A stretch of DNA of 64,000 nucleotides from the human T2T-CHM13v2.0 reference genome, Homo sapiens (GCF_009914755.1 NC_060937.1); one strand, 5' to 3'. Counted from the stretch's first letter, positions 30,801-47,780 are shown. A program made the numbers and translations. The notes: generated by a model from the letters alone, not told the origin.

Positions 30801-31178
30801 ACATACTGTACATAAAATATCAAAGTACCCAAATTATGTGTTATATACTGTACGTAATATATCAGAGTACCCAAAATATGCATTATATACTGTACATAAA
30901 ATATGAAAGTAAAAAAACATTTATAATAAACTGTACATAAAATATCAAAGTACTCAAACTATATATCATATACTGTACATAAAATATCAAAGTACCCAAA
31001 CTGTGTATTATTATATACTGTATATAAAATATCAAAGTACCTGAAATATATATTGTATACTGTACATAAAATATCAAAGTACCCAAAATATATACTATAT
31101 ACTGTACATAAAATATGAAGGTACATCAAATATATATTATATCCTGTACATAAAATATCAAAGTACACCTATTATATA
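24859..31178 (+). repeat. Intact A+B HOR dimer, 6320 bp (3307 + 3013)
   Basis: Anchors at 24859, 28166 and 31179 with A markers followed by B markers. Confidence 0.85.
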
Positions 31179-34100
31179 TTGTGTACTGCACATAATATAT
31201 TAAATCGCCCAAATATATATTGTATACTGTATATAAAATATGAAGGTACTTCAAATATATATTATATGCTGCACATAAAATATCAAAGTACCCAAAGTAT
31301 GCATTACATACTGTACATAAAATATCAAATTACACAAATTATATATTATATTCTGTACATAAAATATGTAGGTTCTTCAAATATATTTTATATTCTGTAC
31401 ATAATATATCAAAGTACATCAAATATATATTATATACGGTACATAAAATATCAAAGTACCCAAAATATGTATTAATTACTGTGCATAAAATATGAAAGTA
31501 ACCAAACATTTATAATAAACTGTACATAAAATATCAAACTACTCAATCTACATATTATATACAGTATATAAAATATCAAAGTACACAAACTGTATATTAT
31601 ATACTGTACATAATATATCAAAGTACCCAGAATATATAGCATACTGTACATACAATATCAAAGTACCCAGAATGTATATTGTATTCTGTACATAAAATAT
31701 GAATGTACATCAAAGATATATTATATTCTGTACATAAAATATCAAAGTACACCAAATATATATTATATGCTGTACATAATATATTAAAGTTGCCCATGCA
31801 TACATTTTATACTGTACATAAAATATGAAGGTACATCAAATATATAGTATATGCTGCACATAAAATATCAAAGTACCCAAAGTATGTATTATATACTGTA
31901 CATAAAATATCAAAGTACCAAAAGTATATATTACCTACTGTAAATAAAATATGAAGATACCTCAAATATATATTATATTCTGTACATGAAATATCAAAGT
32001 ACACCAAGTATATACTATATAGTCTACATAAAATATTAAATTACCCAAAATATGTATTGTATTGTGTACATAAAATATGAAAGTAACCAAACATTTATAA
32101 TAAACTGTACATAAAATATCAAAGTACTCAAACTTTATATTATATACTGTACATAAAGTATCAAAGTACCCAAACTGTGTAGTATATACTGTACATAAAA
32201 TATCAAGGTACCCAAAATGTATATTGTAAACTGTAGATAAAATATCAAAGTACCCAAAATATATATTATATACTGTACATAAAATATGAAGGCTCATCCA
32301 ATATATATTATATTCTGTACATAAAATATCAAAGTACACCAAATGTATATTATATACTGTACATAAAATATAAAACTACCCCAAATATATCTTATATACT
32401 CTACATAAAATATCAAAGTACCCAAAATATATATTATATACTGTACATAAAATATCAAAGTACCCATAGTATGTATTATATCCTGTACATAAAATATGAA
32501 GGTACGTCAAATATATATTCTATTCTGCACATAAAATATCATATTGCACCAAATATATATTGTATACTGTATATAAAATATGAAGGTACTTCAAATATAT
32601 ATTATATGCTGCACATAAAATATCAAAGTACCCAAAGTATGCATTATATACTGTACATAAAATATCAAAGTACCCAAAGTGTATATTATATACTGTACAT
32701 AAAATATGAAGGTTCATCAAATATATTTTATATTCTGCACATAATATATCAAAGTACAGCAAATATATATTATATACTGTACATAAAATATCAAAGTACC
32801 CAAAATATGTATTATATGCTGTACATAAAATATGAAAGTAACCAAACATTTATAATAAACTCTACATAAAATATCAAAGTACTCAAACTACATATTATAT
32901 ACAGTATATAAAATGTCAAAGTACCCAAACTGTATATTATATACTGTACATAATATATCAAAGTACCCGAATATATAGCATACTGTACATAAAATATCAA
33001 AGTACCCAAAATATATATTGTATACTGTACATAAAATATGAAGGTACATCAAAGATATATTATATTCTGTACATAAAATATCAAAGTACACCAAATATAT
33101 ATTATATGCTGTACAGAATATATTAAAGTCGACCAAATATATATTATATACTGTACATAAAATATGAAGGTACATCAAATATATATTATATGCTGCACAT
33201 AAAATATCAAAGTACCCAAAGTATGTATTATATACTGTACATAAAATATAAAATACCCCAAATATATATTATATCCTGTACATAAAATATCAAAGTACCC
33301 AAAATATATATTGTAAATTGTACATAAAATATCAAAGTAGCCAAAATATATATTGTATACTGTACATAAAATATGAAGGTACATCAAATATATATTATAT
33401 CCTGTACATAAAATATCAAAGTACCCAAAATATATATTGTAAATTGTACATAAAATATCAAAGTAGCCAAAATATATATTGTATACTGTACATAAAATAT
33501 AAAAGTACCCCAAATATGTATTATATACTGTACATAAAATATCAAAGTACCGATAATACATATTATATACTGTACATAAAATATCAAAGGACCCAAAATA
33601 AACATTATATACTGTACATAAAATATCCAAATACTCAAAATATATATTACATACTGTACATAAAATATCAAAGTACCCAAATTATGTATTATATACTGTA
33701 CGTAAAATATCAGAGTACCCAAAATATGCATTATATACTGTACATAAAATATGAAAGTAACAAAACATTTATAATAAACTGTACATAAAATATCAAAGTA
33801 CTCAAACTATATATCATATACTGTACATAAAATATCAAAGTACCCAAACTGTATATTATTATATACTGTATATAAAATATCAAAGTACCTGAAATATATA
33901 TTGTATACTGTACATAAAATATCAAAGTACCCAAAATATATACTATATACTGTACATAAAATATGAAGGTACATAAATATATATTATATCCTGTACATAA
34001 AATATCAAAGTACACCTATTATATATTGTGTACTCTACATAATATATTAAGTCGCCCAAATATATATTGTATACTGTATATAAAATATGAAGGTACTTCA

Positions 34101-36466
34101 AATATATATTATATGCTGCACATAAAATATCAAAGTACCCAAGGTATGCATTACATACTGTACATAAAATATCAAAGTACACATATTATATATTATATAA
34201 TATACATAAAATATGAAGGTTCATCAAATATATATTATATTCTGTACATAATATATCAAAGTACATCAAATATATATTATATACTGTACATAAAATATCA
34301 AAGTACCAAAAATATGTATTATATACTGTACATAAAATATGAAAGTAACCAAACATTTATAATATACTGTACATAAAATATGAAAGTACTCAGTCTACAT
34401 ATTACATACAGTATATAAAATATCAAAGTACACACACTGTATATTATATACTGTACATAATATATCAAAGTACCCAGAATATATAACATACTGTACATAA
34501 AATATCAAAGTACCCGAAATATATATGGTATACTGTACATAAAATATGAAGGTACATCAAAGATATATTATATTCTGTACATAAAATATCAAACTACACC
34601 AAATATATATTATATGCTGTACATAATATATTAAAGTTGCCCAAATACACATTCTATACTGTACATAAAATATGAACGTACATCAAATATATAGTATATG
34701 CTGCACATAAAATATCAAAGTACCCAAAGTTTGTATTATACACTGTACATAAAATATCAAAGTACCAAAAGTATATATTACATACTGTAAATAAAATATG
34801 AAGGTACCTCAAATATATATTATATTCTGTACATAAAATATCAAAGTACACCAAGTATATACTATATACTCTGCATAAAATATTAAATTACCCAAAATAT
34901 GTATTGTATTGTGTACATAAAATATGAAAGTAACCAAACATTTATAATAAACTGTACATAAAATATCAAAGTACTCAAACTGTATATTATATACTGTACA
35001 TAAAGTATCAAAGTACCCAAACTGTGTAGTATATACTGTACATAAAATATCAAGGTACCCAAAATATATATTGTAAACTGTAGATAAAATATCAAAGTAC
35101 CCAAAATATATATTATATACTGTACATAAAATATGAAGTCACATCCAATATATATTATATTCTGTACATAAAATATCAAAGTACACCAAATGTATATTAT
35201 ATACTGTACATAAAATATCAAAGTACCCAAAGTGTATATTATATACTGTACATAAAATATGAAGGTTCATCAAATATATTTTATATTCTGCACATAATAT
35301 ATCAAAGTACAGCAAATATATATTATATACTGTACATAAAATATCAAAGTACCCAAAATATGTATTATATACTGTACATAAAATATGAAAGTAACCAAAC
35401 ATTTATAATAAACTTTACATAAAGTATCAAAGTACTCAAACTACATATTATATACAGTATATAAAATATCAAAGTACCCCAACTGTATATTATATACTGT
35501 ACATAATATATCAAAGTACCCAAATATATAGCATACTGTACATAAAATATCAAAGTACCCAAAATATATATTATATACTGTACATAAAATATCAAAATAC
35601 CCAAAATATATATTATATACTGTACATAAATTACCAAAGTACCCAAAGTATATATTATGTAACGTACAAAAAATATCAAAGTAGCCAAAATATGTATTAT
35701 ACACTGTACTTAATATATGAAAGTACCCAAACATTTATAATAAACTGTAAATAAAATATCAATGTACTCAAACTATATATTATGTGCGGTACATAAGATA
35801 TCAAAGTACCCATGCTATATAGTATATACTGTACTTAAAATATCAAAATACCCAAAATATATATTATATACGTTACATAAACTATCAAATACACAAAGTA
35901 TGTATTATATACTGTACATAAAATAGCAAAGTTCCCAAAATATGTATTATATACTGTACATAAAATATGAAAGTACCCAACCATTTATAATAAACTCTAC
36001 ATAAAATACCAAAGTACCCAAACTGTGTATTATATACTGTCCATAAAATATCAAAGGACCCAAAATATATATTGTAAACTCTACATAAAATATCAAAGTA
36101 GCCAAAATACATATTGTATACTGTACATAAAATATAAAAGTACCCCAAATATATATTATATACTGTACATAAAATATCAAAGTACCCATAATACATATTA
36201 TATACTGTACATAAAATATCAAAGGACCCAAAATAAACATTATATACTGTACATAAAATATCCAAATACTCAAAATATATATTACATACTGTACATAAAA
36301 TATCAAAGTACCCAAATTATGTATTATATACTGTATATAAAATATCAGAGTACCCAAAATATGCATTATATATTGTACATAAAATATGAAGGTACATCAA
36401 ATATATAGTATATGCTGCACATAAAATATCAAAGTACCCAAAGTATGTATTATATACTGTACATAA
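30654..36466 (+). repeat. Recent segmental copy (at least 5.8 kb) of 1-5813, offset 30653
   Basis: ORF pairs 230/30883, 3310/33963 and 5372/36025 share the offset. Shared rare variants include AAAATCTCCAAAT, GTAAAAAAAC and ATATATGGTATAC. The copies diverge at 5814/36467. Confidence 0.9.
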
Positions 36467-39400
36467 TATATCAAAGTACCCAGAATATATAGCATACTGT
36501 ACATACAATATCAAAGTACCCAGAATGTATATTGTATACTGTACATAAAATATGAAGGTACATCAAAGATATATTATATTCTGTACATAAAATATCAAAG
36601 TACACCAAATATATATTATATGCTGTACATAATATATTAAAGTTGCCCATGTATACATTTTATACTGTACATAAAATATGAAGGTACATCAAATATATAG
36701 TATATGCTGCACATAAAATATCAAAGTACCCAAAGTATGTATTATATACTGTACATAAAATATCAAAGTACCAAAAGTATATATTACCTACTGTAAATAA
36801 AATATGAAGATACCTCAAATATATATTATATTCTGTACATGAAATATCAAAGTACACCAAGTATATACTATATACTCTACATAAAATATTAAATTACCCA
36901 AAATATGTATTGTATTGTGTACATAAAATATGAAAGTAACCAAACATTTATAATAAACTGTACATAAAATATCAAAGTACTCAAACTTTATATTATATAC
37001 TGTACATAAAGTATCAAAGTACCCAAACTGTGTAGTATATACTGTACATAAAATATCAAGGTACCCAATATGTATATTGTAAACTGTAGATAAAATATCA
37101 AAGTACCCAAAATATATATTATATACTGTACATAAAATATGAAGGCACATCCAATATATATTATATTCTGTACATAAAATATCAAAGTACACCAAATGTA
37201 TATTATATACTGTACATAAAATAAAAAACTACCCCAAATATATATTATATACTCTACATAAAATATCAAAGTACCCAAAATATATATTATATACTGTACA
37301 TAATATATCAAAGTACCCATAGTATGTATTATATCCTGTACATAAAATATGAAAGTACGTCAAATATATATTCTATTCTGCACATAAAATATCATATTGC
37401 ACCAAATATATATTGTATACTGTATATAAAATATGAAGGTACTTCAAATATATATTATATGCTGCACATAAAATATCAAAGTACCCAAAGTATGCATTAT
37501 ATACTGTACATAAAATATCAAAGTACCCAAAGTGTATATTATATATTGTACATAAAATATGAAGGTTCATCAAATATATTTTATATTCTGCACATAATAT
37601 ATCAAAGTACAGCAAATATATATTATATACTGTACATAAAATAACAAAGTAACAAAAATATGTATTATATACTGTACATAAAATATGAAAGTAACCAAAT
37701 ATTTATAAAAAACTGTATATAAAATATCAAAGTACTCAAACTACATATTATATACAGTATATAAAATATCAAAGTACCCAAACTATATATTATATACTGT
37801 ACATACTATATCAGATTACCCGAATATATAGCATACTGTACATAAAATATCAAATTACCCAAAATATATATTGTATACTGTACATAAAATATGAAGGTAC
37901 ATCAAAGATATATTATATTCTGTACATAAAATATCAAAGTACACCAAATATATATTATATGCTGTACAGAATATATTAAAGTCGACCAAATGTATATTAT
38001 ATACTGTACATAAAATATGAAGGTACATCAAATATATATTATATGCTGCAGATAAAATATCAAAGTACCCAAAGTATGTGTTATATACTGTACATAAAAT
38101 ATCAAAGTACCCAAAGTATATATTATATACTGTACATAAAATATAAAATACCCCAAATATATATTATATGCTGTACATAAAATATCAAAGTACACAAAAT
38201 ATGTATTATGTACTGTACATAAATTATCAAAGGACCCAAAATATATATTATATAGTGTACATAAAATATCAAAATACCCAAAATATATATTATATACTGT
38301 ACATAAAATACCAAAGTACCCAAAGTATATATTATATACTGTATAAAAAATACCAAAGTAGCCAAAATATGTATTATACACTGTACATAATATATGAAAG
38401 TACCCAAACATTTATAATAAACTGTACATAAAATATCAATGTACTCAAACTATATATTATGTGCGGTACTTAAGATATCAAAGTACCCATACTATATAGT
38501 ATGTACTGTACTTAAAATATCAAAATACCCAAAATATATATTATATACGTTACATAAACTATCAAATACACAAAGTATGTATTACATACTGTACATAAAA
38601 TAACAAAGTTCCCAAAATATGTATTATATATATTATAAATATGTACATAAAATATGAAAGTACCCAACCATTTATAATAAACTCTACATAAAACACCAAA
38701 GTACCCAAACTGTGTATTATATTCTGTCCATAAAATATCAAAGTGCCCAAAATATATATCGTAAACTCTACATAAAATATCAAAGTAGCCAAAATACATA
38801 TTGTATACTGTACATAAAATATAAAAGTACCCCAAATATATATTATATACTGTACATAAAATATCAAAGTACCCATAATACATATTATATACTGTACATA
38901 AAATATCAAAGGACCCAAAATAAACATTATATACTGTACATAAAATATCCAAATACTCAAAATATATATTACATACTGTACATAAAATATCAAAGTACCC
39001 AAATTATGTATTATATACTGTACGTAAAATATCAGAGTACCCAAAATATGCATTATATACTGTACATAAAATATGAAAGTAACAAAACATTTATAATAAA
39101 CTGTACATAAAATATCAAAGTACTCAAACTATATATCATATACTGTACATAAAATATCAAAGTACCCAAACTGTGTATTATTACATACTGTATATAAAAT
39201 ATCAAAGTACCTGAAATATATATTGTATACTGTACATAAAATATCAAAGTACCCAAAATATATACTATATACTGTACATAAAATATGAAGGTACATCAAA
39301 TATATATTATATCCTGTACATAAAATATCAAAGTACTCCTATTATATATTGTGTACTGTACATAATATATTAAATCGCCCAAATATATATTGTATACTGT

Positions 39401-42400
39401 ATATGAAATATGAAGGTACTTCAAATATATATTATATGCTGCACATAAAATATCAAAGTACCCAAAGTATGCATTACATACTGTACATAAAATATCAAAG
39501 TACACAAATTATATATTATATTCTGTACACAAAATATGTAGGTTCATCAAATATATTTTATATTCTGTACATAATATATCAAAGTACATCAAATATATAT
39601 TATATACGGTACATAAAATATCAAAGTACCCAAAATATGTACTATTTACTGTACATAAAATATGAAAGTAACCAAACATTTATAATAAACTGTACATAAA
39701 ATATCAAAGTACTCAATCTACATATTATATACAGTATATAAAATATCAAAGTACACAAACTGTATATTATATACTGTACATAATATATCAAAGTACCCAG
39801 AATATATAGCATACTGTACATACAATATCAAAGTACCCAGAATGTATATTGTATACTGTACATAAAATATGAAGGTACATCAAAGATTTATATTCTGTAC
39901 ATAAAATATCAAAGTACACCAAATATATATTATATGCTGTACATAATATATTAAAGTTGCCCATGTATACATTTTATACTGTACATAAAATATGAAGGTA
40001 CATCAAATATATAGTATATGCTGCACATAAAATATCAAAGTACCCAAAGTATGTATTATATACTGTACATAAAATATCAAAGTACCAAAAGTATATATTA
40101 CCTACTGTAAATAAAATATGAAGATACCTCAAATATATATTATATTCTGTACATGAAATATCAAAGTACACCAAGTATATACTATATACTCTACATAAAA
40201 TATTAAATTACCCACAATATGTATTGTATTGTGTACATAAAATATGAAAGTAACCAAACATTTATAATAAACGGTACATAAAATATCAAAGTACTCAAAC
40301 TTTATATTATATACTGTACATAAAGTATCAAAGTACCCAAACTGTGTAGTATATACTGTACATAAAATATCAAGGTACCCAAAATGTATATTGTAAACTG
40401 TAGATAAAATATCAAAGTACCCAAAATATATATTATATACTGTACATAAAATATGAAGGCACATCCAATATATATTATATTCTGTACATAAAATATCAAA
40501 GTACACCAAATGTATATTATATACTGTACATAAAATATAAAACTACCCCAAATATATCTTATATACGCTACATAAAATATCAAAGTACCCAAAATATATA
40601 TTATATACTGTACATAATATATCAAAGTACCCATAGTATGTATTATATCCTGTACATAAAATATGAAAGTACGTCAAATATATATTCTATTCTGCACATA
40701 AAATATCATATTGCACCAAATATATATTGTATACTGTATATAAAATATGAAGGTACTTCAAATATATATTATATGCTGCACATAAAATATCAAAGTACCC
40801 AAAGTATGCATTATATACTGTACATAAAATATCAAAGTACCCAAAGTGTATATTATATACTGTACATAAAATATGAAGGTTCATCAAATATATTTTATAT
40901 TATGCACATAATATATCAAAGTACAGCAAATATATATTATATACTGTACATAAAATAACAAAGTACCAAAAATATGTATTATATACTGTACATAAAATAT
41001 GAAAGTAACCAAATATTTATAATAAACTGTATATAAAATATCAAAGTACTCAAACTACATATTATATACAGTATATAAAATATCAAAGTACCCAAACTAT
41101 ATATTACATACTGTACATACTATATCAAAGTACCCGAATATATAGCATACTGTACATAAAATATCAAATTACCCAAAATATATATTGTATACTGTACATA
41201 AAATATGAAGGTACATCAAAGATATATTATATTCTGTACATAAAATATCAAACTACACCAAATATATATTATATGCTGTACAGAATATATTAAAGTCGAC
41301 CAAATGTATATTATATACTGTACATAAAATATGAAGGTACATCAAATATATATTATATGCTGCACATAAAATATCAAAGTACCCAAAGTATGTGTTATAT
41401 ACTGTACATAAAATATCAAAGTACCCAAAGTATATATTATATACTGTACATAAAATATAAAATACCCCAAATATATATTATATGCTGTACATAAAATATC
41501 AAAGTACACAAAATATGCATTATGTACTGTACATAAATTATCAAAGGACCCAAAATATATATTATATAATGTACATAAAATATCAAAATACCCAAAATAT
41601 ATATTATATAACGTACATAAAATACCAAAGTACCCAAAGTATATATTATATACTGTATAAAAAATATCAAAGTAGCCAAAATATGTATTATACACTGTAC
41701 ATAATATATGAAAGTACCCAAACATTTATAATAAACTGTACATAAAATATCAATGTACTCAAACTATATATTATGTGCGCTACATAAGATATCAAAGTAC
41801 CCATACTATATAGTATGTACTGTACTTAAAATATCAAAATACCCAAAATATATATTATATACGTTACATAAACTATCAAATACACAAAGTATGTATTACA
41901 TACTGTACATAAAATAGCAAAGTTCCCAAAATATGTATTATATACTGGACATAAAATATGAAAGTACCCAACCATTTATAATAAACTCTACATAAAATAC
42001 CAAAGTACCCAAACTGTGTATTATATACTCTCCATAAAATATCAAAGTACCCAAAATATATATTGTCATCTGTACATAAAATATCAAAGTAGCCAAAATA
42101 TATATAGTATACCGTACATAAAATATAAAAGTACCCCAAATATGTATTATATACTGTACATAAAATATCAAAGTACCGATAATACATATTATATACTGTA
42201 CATAAAATATCAGAGGACCCAAAATAAACATTATATACTGTACATAAAATATCCAAATACTCAAAATATATATTACATACTGTACATAAAATATCAAAGT
42301 ACCCAAATTATGTATTATATACTGTACGTAAAATATCAGAGTACCCAAAATATGCATTATATACTGTACATAAAATATGAAAGTAACAAAACATTTATAA

Positions 42401-44574
42401 TAAACTGTACATAAAATATCAAAGTACTCAAACTATATATCATATACTGTACATAAAATATCAAAGTACCCAAACTGTGTATTATTATATACTGTATATA
42501 AAATATCAAAGTACCTGAAATATATACTGTATACTGTACATAAAATATCAAAGTACCCAAAATATATACTATATACTGTACATAAAATATGAAGGTACAT
42601 CAAATATATATTATATCCTGTACATAAAATATCAAAGTACACCTATTATATATTGTGTACTGTACATAATATATTAAATCGCCCAAATATATATTGTATA
42701 CTGTATATAAAATATGAAGGTACTTCAAATATATATTATATGCTGAACATAAAATATCAAAGTACCCAAAGTATGCATTACATACTGTACATAAAATATC
42801 AAAGTACACATATTATATATTATATAATATACATAAAATATGAAGGTTCATCAAATATATATTATATTCTGTACATAATATATCAAAGTACATCAAATAT
42901 ATATTATTTACTGTACATAAAATATCAAAGTACCAAAAATATGTATTATATACTCTACATAAAATATGAAAGTAACCAAACATTTATAATAAACTGTACA
43001 TAAAATATCAAAGTACTCAGTCTACATATTATATACAGTATATAAAATATCAAAGTACACACACTGTATATTATATACTGTACATAATATATCAAAATAC
43101 CCAGAATATATAGCATACTGTACATAAAATATCAAAGTACCCAAAATATATATTGTATACTGTACATAAAATATGAAGGTACATCAAAGATATATTATAT
43201 TCTGTACATAAAATATCAAAGTACACCAAATATATATTATATGCTGTACATAATATATTAAAGTTGCCCAAATATACATTCTATACTGTACATAAAATAT
43301 GAACGTACATCAAATATATAGTATATGCTGCACATAAAATATCAAAGTACCCAAAGTATGTATTATACACTGTACATAAAATATCAAAGTACCAAAAGTA
43401 TATATTACATACTGTAAATAAAATATGAAGGTACCTCAAATATATATTATATTCTGTACATAAAATATCAAAGTACACCAAGTATATACTATATACTCTG
43501 CATAAAATATTAAATTACCCAAAATATGTATTGTATTGTGTACATAAAATATGAAAGTAACCAAACATTTATAATAAACTGTACATAAAATTTCAAAGTA
43601 CTCAAACTGTATATTATATACTGTACATAAAGTATCAAAGTACCCAAACTGTGTAGTATATACTGTACATAAAATATCAAGGTACCCAAAATATATATTG
43701 TAAACTGTAGATAAAATATCAAAATACCCAAAATATATATTATATACTGTACATAAAATATGAAGTCACATCCAATATATATTATATTCTGAACATAAAA
43801 TATCAAAGTACACCAAATGTATATTATATACTGTACATAAAATATCAAAGTACCCAAAGTGTATATTATATACTGTACATAAAATATGAAGGTTCATCAA
43901 ATATATTTTATATTCTGCACATAATATATCAAAGTACAGCAAATATATATTATATACTGTACATAAAATATCAAAGTACCCAAAATATGTATTATATACT
44001 GTACATAAAATATGAAAGTAACCAAACATTTATAATAAACTGTACATAAAATATCAAAGTACTCAAACTGTATATTATATACTCTACATAAAGTATCAAA
44101 GTACCCAAACTGTGTAGTATATACTGTACATAAAATATCAAGGTACCCAAAATATATATTGTAAACTGTAGATAAAATATCAAAGTACCCAAAATATATA
44201 TTATATACTGTACATGAAATATGAAGGCCCCTCCAATATATATTATACTCTGTACATAAAATATCAAAGTACACCAAAAGTATATTATATACTGTACATA
44301 AAATATCAAAGTACCCAAAGTGTATATTATATACTGTACATAAACTATGAAGGTTCATCAAATATATTTTATATTCTGCACATAATATATCAAAGTACAG
44401 CAAATATATATTATATACTGTACATAAAATATCAAAGTACCCAAATTATGTATTATATACTGTACATAAAATATGAAAGTAAGCAAACATTTATAATAAA
44501 CTGTACATAAAGTATCAAAGTACTCAAACTACATATTATATACAGTATATAAAATATCAAAGTACCCAAACTGT

Positions 44575-47500
44575 ATATTATATAATGTACATAATATATC
44601 AAAGTACCCGAATATATAGCATACTCTACATAAAATATCAAAGTACCCAAAGTTTGTATTATACACTGCACATAAAATATGGAGGTACATCAAAGATATA
44701 TTATATTCTGTACATAAAATATCAAAGTACACCAAATATATGTTATATGCTGTACATAATATATTAAAGTCGACCAAATATATATTATATACTGTACATA
44801 AAATATGAAGGTACATCAAATATATATTATATGCTGCACATAAAATATCAAAGTACCCAAAGTATGTGTTATATACTGTACATAAAATATCAAAGTACCC
44901 AAAGTATATATTATATACTGTACATAAAATATAAAATACCCCAAATATATATTATATGCTCTACATAAAATATCAAAGTACACAAAATATGTATTATATA
45001 CTGTACATAAAATACGAAAGGACCCAAAATATATATTATATACTGTACATAAAATATCAAAATACCCAAAATATATATTATATACTGTACATAAAATACC
45101 AAAGTACCCAAAGTATATATTATATACCGTACAAAAAATATCAAAGTAGCCAAAATATGTATTATACACTGTACATAATATATGAAAGTACCCAAACATT
45201 TATAATAAACTGTACATAAAATATCAATGTACTCAAACTATATATTATGTGCGGTACATAAGATATCAAAGTACCCATACTATATAGTATATACTGTACT
45301 TAAAATATCAAAATACCCAAAATATATATTATATACGTTACATAAACTATCAAATACACAAAGTATGTATTATATACTGTACATAAAATAGCAAAGTTCC
45401 CAAAATATGTATTATATACTGTACATAAAATATGAAAGTACCCAACCATTTATAATAAAGTCTACATAAAATACCAAAGTACCCAAACTGTGTATTATAT
45501 ACTGTCCATAAAATATCAAAGGACCCAAAATATATATTGTAAACTCTACATAAAATATCAAAGTAGCCAAAATACATATTGTATACTGTACATAAAATAT
45601 AAAAGTACCCCAAATATATATTATATACTGTACATAAAATATCAAAGTACCCATAATACATATTATACACTGTACATAAAATATCAAAGGACCCAAAATA
45701 AACATTATATACTGTACATAAAATATCCAAATACTCAAAATATATATTACATACTGTACATAAAATATCAAAGTACCCAAATTATGTATTATACACTGTA
45801 CGTAAAATATCAGAGTACCCAAAATATGCATTATATACTGTACATAAAATATGAAAGTAACAAAACATTTATAATAAACTGTACATAAAATATCAAAGTA
45901 CTCAAACTATACATCATATACTCTACATAAAATATCAAAGTACCCAAACTGTGTATTATTATATACTGTATATAAAATATCAAAGTACCTGAAATATATA
46001 CTGTATACTGTACATAAAATATCAAAGTACCCAAAATATATACTATATACTGTACATAAAATATGAAGGTACATCAAATATATATTATATCCTGTACATA
46101 AAATATCAAAGTACACCTATTATATATTGTGTACTGTACATAATATATTAAATCGCCCAAATATATATTGTATACTGTATATAAAATATGAAGGTACTTC
46201 AAATATATATTATATGCTGCACATAAAATATCAAAGTACCCAAAGTATGCATTACATACTGTACATAAAATATCAAAGTACACATATTATCTATTATATA
46301 ATGTACATAAAATATGAAGGTTCATCAAATATATATTATATTCTGTACATAATATATCAAAGTACATCAAATATATATTATATACTGTACATAAAATATC
46401 AAAGTACCAAAAATATGTATTATATACTGTACATAAAACATGAAAGTAACCAAACATTTATAATAAACTGTACATAAAATATCAAAGTACTCAATCTACA
46501 TATTATATACAGTATATAAAATATCAAAGTACACAAACTGTATATTATATACGGTACATAATATATCAAAGTACCCAGAATATATAGCATACTGTAAATA
46601 AAATATCAAAGTACCCAAAATATATATTGTATACTGTACATAAAATATGAAGGTACATCAAAGATATATTATATTCTGTACATAAAATATCAAACTACAC
46701 CAAATATATATTATATGCTGTACATAATATATTAAAGTTGCCCATATATACATTATATACTGTACATAAAATATGAACGTACATCAAATATATAGTATAT
46801 GCTGCACATAAAATATCAAAGTACCCAAAATATATACTATATACTGTACATAAAATATGAAGGTACATCAAATATATATTATATCCTGTACATAAAATAT
46901 CAAAGTACACCTATTATATATTGTGTACTGCACATAATATATTAAATCGCCCAAATATATATTGTATACTGTATATAAAATATGAAGGTACTTCAAATAT
47001 ATATTATATGCTGCACATAAAATATCAAAGTACCCAAAGTATGCATTACATACTGTACATAAAATATCAAATTACAAAAATTATATATTATATTCTGTAC
47101 ATAAAATATGTAGGTTCTTCAAATATATTTTATATTCTGTACATAATATATCAAAGTACATCAAATATATATTATATACGGTACATAAAATATCAAAGTA
47201 CCCAAAATATGTATTAATTACTGTGCATAAAATATGAAAGTAACCAAACATTTATAATAAACTGTACATAAAATATCAAACTACTCAATCTACATATTAT
47301 ATACAGTATATAAAATATCAAAGTACACAAACTGTATATTATATACTGTACATAATATATCAAAGTACCCAGAATATATAGCATACTGTACATACAATAT
47401 CAAAGTACCCAGAATGTATATTGTATTCTGTACATAAAATATGAATGTACATCAAAGATATATTCTGTACATAAAATATCAAAGTACACCAAATATATAT

Positions 47501-47780
47501 TATATGCTGTACATAATATATTAAAGTTGCCCATGCATACATTTTATACTGTACATAAAATATGAAGGTACATCAAATATATAGTATATGCTGCACATAA
47601 AATATCAAAGTACCCAAAGTATGTATTATATACTGTACATAAAATATCAAAGTACCAAAAGTATATATTACCTACTGGAAATAAAATATGAAGATACCTC
47701 AAATATATATTATATTCTGTACATGAAATATCAAAGTACACCAAGTATATACTATATACTCTACATAAAATATTAAATTA
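44575..47780 (+). repeat. Recent segmental copy (~3.2 kb) of ~6045-9255, offset 38530 (38525 after a 5-bp deletion)
   Basis: ORF pairs 6055/44585, 7597/46127, 8391/46921 and 9019/47544. Shared variants TATAATGTAC, ATGGAGGTAC and ATTACAAAAATT, and the 794-bp truncated unit. Confidence 0.85.
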
